Source: Candidatus Thorarchaeota archaeon
GTDB lineage: Archaea > Asgardarchaeota > Thorarchaeia > Thorarchaeales > Thorarchaeaceae
Length of the DNA stretch: 10,121 nt
Assembly: GCA_029858305.1 (NCBI GenBank)
Contig: JAOUFI010000083.1
Coordinates: forward strand, 1-10,121
Direction: 5' to 3'
Part shown: positions 1 through 6,374 of the stretch, one piece after another
Numbering within the stretch: position 1 is the stretch's first letter
Layout: each line of letters begins with the position of its first letter
Program-made: the position numbers and the translations under genes
The notes under the pieces: model-generated
Seen by the model: the letters and a program-made list of their open reading frames with translations, nothing else
Told to the model about the DNA's origin: nothing
The model's database searches: none

Positions 1-175
1 TAAGAATTAGGATAATAATTGCACCGATAACCCTCATAGATACTCCTCAATTGGACGTATATTGAATCATGGATATTAGTATTTCTAGAGAAGAAGTGGC
101 GCCGCCGGTAGTATCATCCTCAATATACGTCCTTGACAGGAATATGCAATCCGCTATCACAATAGAACCGGGCGT

Positions 176-370
176 GTGTCTGTAGCTTGGACTGCTGAAC
201 CGCAAGGGCTCATTGAATCTATTAAACTGGGTATGGTCGCTTCGCCCAATGATGTTGTAAAGAAGAATTCTGTGAAGCAAGTTATAGAAAGCCATCCTGA
301 GTATGCGACAGAAGCAATACAACAGCTCAAAGATTCTGGGATTGAAGTAGACAAATGGTGGGATTTCTAA
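176..370 (+). CDS. Short hypothetical protein or 3' remnant of a degraded gene
   Basis: 64-aa GTG-started ORF with protein-like composition, ending 12 nt before the 3' end of the convergent tRNA-Asn. The same frame upstream has several stops. No recognisable motif. Confidence 0.35.
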   Translation: MSVAWTAEPQGLIESIKLGMVASPNDVVKKNSVKQVIESHPEYATEAIQQLKDSGIEVDKWWDF

Positions 371-405
371 GAAGGGAGAAGGCGCCATCGGGAGGGCTCG
401 AACCT

Positions 406-435
406 TTGGCCGTACGCTACGAAGTGTAGCGCACT
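406..435 (-). other. tRNA intron 3, non-canonical position 50/51 (T stem), 30 nt
   Basis: GGUC/GGCC 4-bp central helix, 3-nt bulges GG^A and AA^A, 9-bp intron stem GTGCGCTAC-ACTTC-GTAGCGTAC. Excision restores the T stem GGAGG/CCTCC. Confidence 0.85.
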
Positions 436-442
436 CCGACCA

Positions 443-472
443 TTCGTCACGCACCACGAAATGTGATGCGTT
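443..472 (-). other. tRNA intron 2, non-canonical position 43/44, 30 nt
   Basis: Relaxed BHB: AGUU/GACG helix (one A-G mismatch), bulges GU^A and AA^U, 9-bp stem ACGCATCAC-ATTTC-GTGGTGCGT. Excision leaves a normal 5-nt variable loop TGGTC. Confidence 0.8.
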
Positions 473-478
473 ACAACT

Positions 479-506
479 GTCTGGCTCTCAACCAGCGGGT
501 GAGAGG
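479..506 (-). other. tRNA intron 1, canonical position 37/38, 28 nt
   Basis: CUGU/CCAG central helix (one mismatch), bulges UA^C and AC^A, intron stem CTCTCA/TGAGAG, closed by the anticodon stem ACAGC/GTTGT. Confidence 0.9.
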
Positions 507-537
507 TAACAGGCTGTCGCTCTACCTAGCTGAGCCA

Positions 538-588
538 CGATGGCACAATCAGGGAGTCGGCCGGGAATGCAATATTAACGTTGCTGTT
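538..588. repeat. Direct repeat copy 1 (first 7 nt of tRNA-Asn + leader + promoter)
   Basis: 46/51 identical to 2040-2090 by manual ungapped alignment. Confidence 0.9.
572..584 (-). promoter_or_regulatory. BRE/TATA promoter of tRNA-Asn (GCAACGTTAATAT)
   Basis: TTAATAT lies about 28-34 nt upstream of the mature 5' end. An identical 13-mer lies upstream of the CAT tRNA (7706-7718). Confidence 0.75.
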
Positions 589-702
589 TGGAACCAAGAG
601 TAACATCGCGCTCTTGTTAACATTGAAATAACTCAAGGACGATAATGGATGCAGGGGATATGACTGAGAAATAAAAGGCAGAATACGATTATCGTAGCGG
701 TA

Positions 703-1212
703 TTGATTGGTTTTCTAATTTTATTATCAGGAATAGTAATCTACATTTCACAACCTGGACTTTACTCCCTGTTGTATCCAGTTCCTCCCAGCGAAACACC
801 TCCAGAGGATTATGACACTGTTGAAACAATTCTAGTAGGGCCATTGCTACTGAATGCAACTGCAAATGCAACAGGAAGTATTCCGCACCAAGGACCCATT
901 ACAATCAGAATGAATCTCAAGATCAACATTACAAACACAGGGAATGAGAGCGTCACTAGTTTCCGAGCTATAAGAATGAGCGTATACAATGCTGAATCCG
1001 AATTGTTCTACACTTTCAGCTTTCAATATGATTGGAATGCCACCATTCCTTTTGGCGAAACCGTGATCTTGATTTACCAGAATCATGAAACTACGATTAT
1101 GGCTCCGTACGAGCCGTTTCACATCTATGCCAGAGTCTTGGTCACATTTGATACTGATTATGAAACAGTCCTCACAACTCCTCTCATTAACGGTATGTTT
1201 GCAATTGAGTAG
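703..1212 (+). CDS. Exported / membrane-anchored hypothetical protein, probably a beta-rich surface glycoprotein
   Basis: N-terminal hydrophobic helix, Pro-rich linker, several N-x-T/S sequons (NAT, NIT, NES). The frame is open from 664 (LRNKRQNTIIVAVLIG), so the true start may be earlier. Confidence 0.75.
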   Translation: MIGFLILLSGIVIYISQPGLYSLLYPVPPSETPPEDYDTVETILVGPLLLNATANATGSIPHQGPITIRMNLKINITNTGNESVTSFRAIRMSVYNAESELFYTFSFQYDWNATIPFGETVILIYQNHETTIMAPYEPFHIYARVLVTFDTDYETVLTTPLINGMFAIE

Positions 1213-1455
1213 TCTAAACCCATCTTAAAAATAGAAATGGGGATGCATCGTCTGGCGACATTATTATTGGATAATATACCATCCCCCATAGTAACCACTG
1301 CGGTTCTACTAGTTCATTATCGATGCAGAGCCATAGCAATTAGTGAAAATGGAGTTTTTCGCAATGAGTGCTGCAATTCAAAAGAGATGACAATGACAAT
1401 AGTCGTATCACTTAATACATCGTTGGCAAATCGAATCCTAAGGTAGGTTCTGGAA

Positions 1456-2019
1456 ATGGTCGAGAACAAAGAGAAACAAGATAGGCACTTTCCTGTTTTT
1501 GCACAGGATAACTTACTCAGAAGATTACTTAGTAACTCCAAGAAATTCAATCCCTATGTTACAGATGGTCAAGTGGTTGCTGACCTTGGCTGTGGTCCAG
1601 GCTATTTCACACTCCCTTTAGCTGAGTGTGTTGGCCCCCGTGGCAGGGTCTATGCAATTGACTCAAATGAAAAAGCCATCAGAGCATTGGAAAAGAAGGC
1701 AAACAAACATGGGTATAGCAACATCGAGGCCTACGCCTCATCCGCATCTGACCTGAGTTTCATTAAAGACGGATCGGTTGACTTTGTACTTGCCAATGGC
1801 CTGCTTTGTTCCATGGCACCGCAACATCACGAGTCAACTGTCAACGAAATAAAGCGTGTCCTCAAGCCAGAAGGACAGGCGTATATTGCTGTGGACAGAG
1901 GTCGATTCAGTTATGTGGGAGAATCGGAGTGGGAGAGAATACTTGAAGGATTCAGAATCGAACGCAGGGGCGATCCCAAGATGGGGGATAGGTGGGCTGT
2001 TGTGTCCATAAAACCGTAG
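1456..2019 (+). CDS. Class I SAM-dependent methyltransferase (UbiE/Methyltransf_31-like)
   Basis: Motif I VADLGCGPG, post-I VYAIDS, motif II SVDFV, motif III RVLKPEG. AGGTAGG SD-like sequence upstream. Confidence 0.9.
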   Translation: MVENKEKQDRHFPVFAQDNLLRRLLSNSKKFNPYVTDGQVVADLGCGPGYFTLPLAECVGPRGRVYAIDSNEKAIRALEKKANKHGYSNIEAYASSASDLSFIKDGSVDFVLANGLLCSMAPQHHESTVNEIKRVLKPEGQAYIAVDRGRFSYVGESEWERILEGFRIERRGDPKMGDRWAVVSIKP

Positions 2020-2039
2020 TAATCCTTTGCAGAATCCTG

Positions 2040-2090
2040 CGACGGCATAATCAGGGAGTCGGCAGGGAATGCAATATTGATGTTGCTGTT
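2040..2090. repeat. Direct repeat copy 2: orphan tRNA-Asn promoter + 7-nt tRNA start
   Basis: 46/51 match to 538-588. The TATA element is altered (TTAATAT to TCAATAT on the minus strand) and no tRNA body follows. Confidence 0.9.
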
Positions 2091-2155
2091 GAACATAACA
2101 AGATACAAACACAACAAGAATGAACAAGTTCTCTTGATGTATCCCAAATCATTCT

Positions 2156-2195
2156 AAAAAGAAGAGCGCTGCCCCGACTTTGCGAGGTCGGAGCA
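2156..2195 (-). terminator. Putative hairpin + U-tract terminator after the 2225-3127 gene
   Basis: Minus strand reads TGCTCCGACCT-CGCA-AAGTCGGGGCA followed by GCGCTCTTCTTTTT, about 30 nt after the stop. Confidence 0.5.
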
Positions 2196-2224
2196 AGCAA
2201 TAATTCCTATAGATTCAGACTATC

Positions 2225-3127
2225 CTATTGAGCAGAGATTTCCTGTTGAGCTAGTTTGCCTGTTACAGACAGGTAGATTCTCGTAAATACGAGAAACATG
2301 GCTGGTAGAGCGAACAGGATGAGCACGAAGGCTCCGATGGCCGCCCATGCTATGGTAATTGAAAAACCGAGATCAATCACGCCTGGAGTCATAAAATAGA
2401 CTGCATAGACAGCTACTGGTAAGAAGAAGATTACAATGAGGACTACGAAGATGGTCCAAGCACCAAACACCCTCACTAAATTCTCCTTTGTCAGTCTGAA
2501 CGAGGCCTTGAGACTCTCGATAGCACCCAGACCGTTTGTGGACGCAGGAAGATGCAGCATCAAGAAACCACCAACGATATAGATGTAGATGAAGGTGAGG
2601 ATAGCCACAGGCAGACCCCATCCTGCCGGGAGGCTCGAGAAGCCAGTCAGAGCTGTAGCTGCAAGACCGACAAGCCACAATGGAACGAAGAAGACTAGTG
2701 ACCAGAGCACCCCAGCTCCAAGATATGACCGCAGATTCTTCCTAAGATATCCGAATGCACTCTCTGCATGAGTACCACCAGTCAATATTATCTCATTTGA
2801 CATTCCATAGATTGCACCAAATATCCAAGTCCCGATGGCGAAGATAGGAATGAGGAATAGGAGTCCGATTGCACCGCCACCAAATAATCCTGCTAGTGGA
2901 TTGGAGCCCATAAAGCCGCTGAGCCCCTGGAAGTATGACGCAAGGGCAAGGCCAAATGCCTCCGGATCACCTGGATTGGCAAGCCACGCCATCACGAGTA
3001 ATGGCGAGATTACAATCATGAATATAATTCCCACAAGTATTACTAAACCAAACATTGCTAACAAGAAACTCAACATGTTCTTCTTAGCGTATCCAAAACT
3101 TATTTTCACATCATCCATGAAAGACAT
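2225..3127 (-). CDS. Polytopic integral membrane protein, function unknown
   Basis: 300 aa with about 6 hydrophobic helices. The segment GAIESLKASFRLTKENLVRVFG is typical of DUF975/DUF7544-like membrane families. Canonical SD GAGGTGA before ATG. Confidence 0.85.
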   Translation of the reverse strand: MSFMDDVKISFGYAKKNMLSFLLAMFGLVILVGIIFMIVISPLLVMAWLANPGDPEAFGLALASYFQGLSGFMGSNPLAGLFGGGAIGLLFLIPIFAIGTWIFGAIYGMSNEIILTGGTHAESAFGYLRKNLRSYLGAGVLWSLVFFVPLWLVGLAATALTGFSSLPAGWGLPVAILTFIYIYIVGGFLMLHLPASTNGLGAIESLKASFRLTKENLVRVFGAWTIFVVLIVIFFLPVAVYAVYFMTPGVIDLGFSITIAWAAIGAFVLILFALPAMFLVFTRIYLSVTGKLAQQEISAQ

Positions 3128-3291
3128 GCTTTCACCTCAAACAAAATGAAACTAAAACGCATAGTCTTCTTTCAATAAAAAACTTAGGGTAGAGCTCTAC
3201 AGTGCTCGGTAGAATTTTCGCTTTACCTGCTGAGTTACTATAACCAATCAGAGAGTTTACAGTAAATGCAATAACAACATTGTCGTTTTGC

Positions 3292-4089
3292 TTACCCTCC
3301 AAACAAAAATGTAAACACATTATCCAGTGACATCATAACAAGGAATCCGACCATCAATCCCCATGTAGCTAGCCGTTCATTACCGCCTGCATGACTCTCC
3401 GGAACCATCTCATCCCCGACGACAAAGACCATTGCGCCCGCGGCAAACGCTAGTCCATAGGGCAAGAGACCTATCGCAAAGGTGACAACAGACACTCCTA
3501 AGAAACCTCCTATAGGTTCTACCAATCCAGTAATCAGGGCAAGAACCGCAGCGTACTTTCTTGAATAACCTTCACGTACAAGTGGTGCAGCTACTGCTAG
3601 TCCTTCAGGAACATTCTGCAGACCTATCGCCACAGCCACAGACATACCAACAATTGTATCCCCGCCCCCATAAGACACTCCCACAGCAAGACCCTCCGGA
3701 AAATTATGTATTGTGATGGCAATTACTAATAACCATACTCTTGCCAATCGTGAAGATGGTCCCTCAGGTCCCTTCTTGAAATGCTCATGCGGCAAGTACT
3801 TGTCCGTCAGATGGACGAATACAGCGCCAAGTGTGAACCCGAGACCAACAATGGTGAATACACCAACCCAGCCACTCTCCTTAACCACAGAATGATCAAA
3901 AGCCGGAACAAGGAGACTGAATGCAGAGGCTGCAAGCATCACTCCTGCAGCAAATCCAAGCATCAGGTCAAGTGTTCGTCTACTAAAGTCCTTCTTAACA
4001 AAGATAGGCAGAGCTCCGAGCCCCGTAGCTCCACCAGCCAAGAGACTAGCCAAGAGTCCCATAGAGAATGGATCGGAGAATAGCTGCAT
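3292..4089 (-). CDS. zupT: ZIP family divalent metal transporter (ZupT/GufA-like)
   Basis: LGFAAGVML, loop PHEH, TM4 HNFPEGLAVG, TM5 QNVPEGLAVA, GLVEP, EMVPESH. GAGGA SD. Confidence 0.95.
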   Translation of the reverse strand: MQLFSDPFSMGLLASLLAGGATGLGALPIFVKKDFSRRTLDLMLGFAAGVMLAASAFSLLVPAFDHSVVKESGWVGVFTIVGLGFTLGAVFVHLTDKYLPHEHFKKGPEGPSSRLARVWLLVIAITIHNFPEGLAVGVSYGGGDTIVGMSVAVAIGLQNVPEGLAVAAPLVREGYSRKYAAVLALITGLVEPIGGFLGVSVVTFAIGLLPYGLAFAAGAMVFVVGDEMVPESHAGGNERLATWGLMVGFLVMMSLDNVFTFLFGG

Positions 4090-4408
4090 GTGTAATTCCT
4101 CAAATAGCCAAGGAGACTACCTTGAGGTATAAGGCAATTACTGTTAGTGTTTGGAGAACGGAACTCGAATCAAAGGTATAGAGTTGGCCTCAGTTTCCCG
4201 AGGCCAGAGAAAAGACAAACGAATTGGGGGTGGTTGCAGTTGATGTTATTTGATTCTCACCAAAGTACCTCCAAACACCTTGTCATCATGGTATAATCTG
4301 TAAGATGCCTTATTAGCTCCTATCTTGGTCATATTGAGCCAAACAATCACGGAAGGGTCAATATGTAGGTTTGTGTATATGGTAGTATGAAGAACTAATA
4401 TTTGGAGT

Positions 4409-4906
4409 GTGGAAGTATTGTCCGAAGGAGACCGAGAAACACCAAAGGAGCGTTGGCGTAGATCGCCTGAGCTTCTTGCTGATGCGTTTGCAGTCTGGAA
4501 AAAGGCTGGCGGAGAGCTCAACCCAAGCTCTGTTGTTGCTACAATCGATGAAGATGGTGCACCAAGAGTTGCGCCTTTCGGAAGTATGCGAGCGGTCACT
4601 CCACAACTTCTTCGGTTCATTGCTCATCGGTATCACGATACCCTTGCCAATCTGAAACGCGACCCTCGAATAATGGTAGCCATGATATGCTCACCAGACA
4701 TTGCTGTGAGTGTTCGTGGCCGTGCAAGAGTGGTCGAGGAACCATTCTCTCTTGACCAGAACTATGCCCTGGTCGAGATTGACATAGATGAGGTGAAGAA
4801 TGATATGCCGGTGAGAATTGGAATAGATACTGGCATCTCTATCTCACCAAGTGGACCCTTTGTAGCCTGGTGGAATAATCTCTGGGAGAGAATGGAGAAA
4901 AAATAA
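4409..4906 (+). CDS. Pyridoxamine 5'-phosphate oxidase-like, FMN-binding split-barrel protein
   Basis: VVATIDEDGAPRVAP, TLANLKRDPRI and VSVRGRARVV motifs. The start may be TTG at 4418. Confidence 0.85.
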   Translation: MEVLSEGDRETPKERWRRSPELLADAFAVWKKAGGELNPSSVVATIDEDGAPRVAPFGSMRAVTPQLLRFIAHRYHDTLANLKRDPRIMVAMICSPDIAVSVRGRARVVEEPFSLDQNYALVEIDIDEVKNDMPVRIGIDTGISISPSGPFVAWWNNLWERMEKK

Positions 4907-4957
4907 GTAATGGACGCACTATAATGCAAATGAATCGTTCTAGCTGGACGAAATATA

Positions 4958-5506
4958 CTATTCCGGCACTGATAACAGCTCTTCATATCGAACAGCAGGT
5001 TGACCATCTTTACGTCTAGAACACCAGATTCCAAGAAGGCAGATACCAGTAACCCCGACCAAAATTCCTACGAAAAATGGTGTGACTATTGATGATTGAA
5101 CATACGTGGTGATTTGGGTCTGCGTCGTACCAGTCTGATCAATATAATATATTTCAGCATGCAGATTGATCGTTGCCGCTGAGATCGTGTTCGAAAAGAT
5201 GACATACCAGTCATCGTCATAGGGAACCGTGAAATTAAGACTGTGACTAGTAGCTTCAATGTGCTCATACAACAATGAAGTCTGATTATTCAGCCACCTA
5301 CTGTAGTTGCCGCTGTCACAAATCGCGAACTCGATAGTGATATCAGCTGAAAAAGTTCCTACAATCCTCCAGCCACTGCTTGCATTTCTATGAACTGTAT
5401 AAAACTGTCCGTAGCCAAGATTCACATCTATATCGTGAGCATAAACCCCCATTGGTAACAGAAAGATACCTAACAGGACTATAGTAAGTAATATCTTCTC
5501 TCTCAT
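4958..5506 (-). CDS. Type I membrane protein (signal peptide, beta-sandwich, C-terminal TM), possibly p24/GOLD-like
   Basis: Signal peptide ending VYA, beta-rich ectodomain (FTVPYDDDWYVIFSN), sequons, single C-terminal TM and short tail. ATG 5506 is preceded by GGGGA. The GOLD call comes from recalled similarity only. Confidence 0.75.
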   Translation of the reverse strand: MREKILLTIVLLGIFLLPMGVYAHDIDVNLGYGQFYTVHRNASSGWRIVGTFSADITIEFAICDSGNYSRWLNNQTSLLYEHIEATSHSLNFTVPYDDDWYVIFSNTISAATINLHAEIYYIDQTGTTQTQITTYVQSSIVTPFFVGILVGVTGICLLGIWCSRRKDGQPAVRYEELLSVPE

Positions 5507-5668
5507 GAAAGTCCCCAATATACATTCACAAGGAAGGATTTCTGATTTGTCTCCTAGGAATATTCATTCTACCAGAGTCAAGCCATAAAATTATCGTGGA
5601 CTTTAGGGGACTACTGTGCCTAGGAAGCATCTACACCTCATTCGAGCCTCTTCACTGTCGCAATGTTT

Positions 5669-6049
5669 CTACTCAAAAGGTCGTTCTGCTGGACGGCGGG
5701 ATGTTGTACGACCACCACTATCGACGCGTTTCAGTGCATTCCTTATTTCCCTTTCTGCCCATCCCTCTGCCCCGTTCTCAGCCCCCCAGAAATCCAGACG
5801 GAACAACCCCTCTCGTCCACCGCTGGCAAGAACAGTCACAACTAATTCTCTCCAAGTGGCTTTGTGTTCTACGATTACTGTAACTGTTAGTGTCTGTGAA
5901 TTTCGAAGCATTAGTTTGTCACGGATGAATACACCGACTGTACCTTCTTCAAAGTCCCAGACTCTACTGTACTTATTTGCAAAGCCACTGTGCAAGAATT
6001 CCAGTAGAGGCGTCAGGCAGTAGTCTTCAGCTCGAATTTCGATTGGCAT
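5669..6049 (-). CDS. Conserved hypothetical protein, DUF6054-like
   Basis: 126 aa from ATG 6049 (SD GAGAGGGAG). The pattern MLRNSQTLTVTV...SGGREGLFRLDFWGAE resembles DUF6054 as I recall it. The longer N-terminus in the ORF track looks non-coding. Confidence 0.7.
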   Translation of the reverse strand: MPIEIRAEDYCLTPLLEFLHSGFANKYSRVWDFEEGTVGVFIRDKLMLRNSQTLTVTVIVEHKATWRELVVTVLASGGREGLFRLDFWGAENGAEGWAEREIRNALKRVDSGGRTTSRRPAERPFE

Positions 6050-6374
6050 CCAAATCTCCCTCTCATCACGGTCTAATCTTGCTTTACACGGTCCTGTTCT
6101 CTGAACAGTTTCTGCAAAGCGCGTTTTCTCATGAAATCTTTTGAATGAAAGAAGAAAAGGATTTGCAGACAAACTGCTCTTTCCAATGTAGGTGCTCTTT
6201 GTAGATACGATGCTGTACATAAGTAAGTGGTGAGCCCGGTGCGACTTGAGTTCAAAACCAATAGAGTCGTTTAGAGAATATGAATTAGCTATCCCTCCAT
6301 AGAGAAGTCTCTCTATGGTACAAAAATACAAAAATAAGCTATCTATATTATCAAAGGATATCGGGGAGATTACC

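Larger units (their letters stand above)
383..544 (-). tRNA. tRNA-Asn(GTT) with three introns (37/38, 43/44, 50/51)
   Basis: Removing 479-506, 443-472 and 406-435 gives a canonical 74-nt cloverleaf: GCCATCG TG GCTC AGCTAGGTA GAGC G ACAGC CTGTTAA GTTGT TGGTC GGAGG TTCGAGC CCTCC CGATGGC G. Perfect 7-bp acceptor stem, perfect 5-bp T stem, G73 discriminator, anticodon at 508-510. Length check: 74+28+30+30=162. Full CCA not encoded. Confidence 0.92.

Noticed and set aside
47-457. 136-aa minus-strand ORF
   Set aside because: Its start lies inside the tRNA-Asn gene and it has no protein-like features; shadow ORF.
1237-1550. Small ORFs 1237-1446 (+) and 1317-1550 (-), and a GGGGATG/CATCCCC inverted repeat
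   Set aside because: No motifs or SD support, one ORF is antisense to the methyltransferase start, and the 7-bp inverted repeat is too short to support.
4379-4408. In-frame ATG-GTA-GTA-TGA upstream of the PNPOx-like gene as a possible selenocysteine read-through
   Set aside because: No redox motif context, no recognisable SECIS, and good downstream starts exist.
5596-6023. Plus-strand ORFs overlapping the DUF6054-like gene, and the other antisense ORFs in the track
   Set aside because: Shadow frames of better-supported genes on the opposite strand.
6050-6374. Long N-terminal extensions of the 5669-6331 and 6315-7568 ORFs (likewise 7766-7879 for the thioredoxin)
   Set aside because: Internal starts have SD or TATA support and coincide with domain starts. 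The extensions look non-coding, and the first two would overlap head-to-head.
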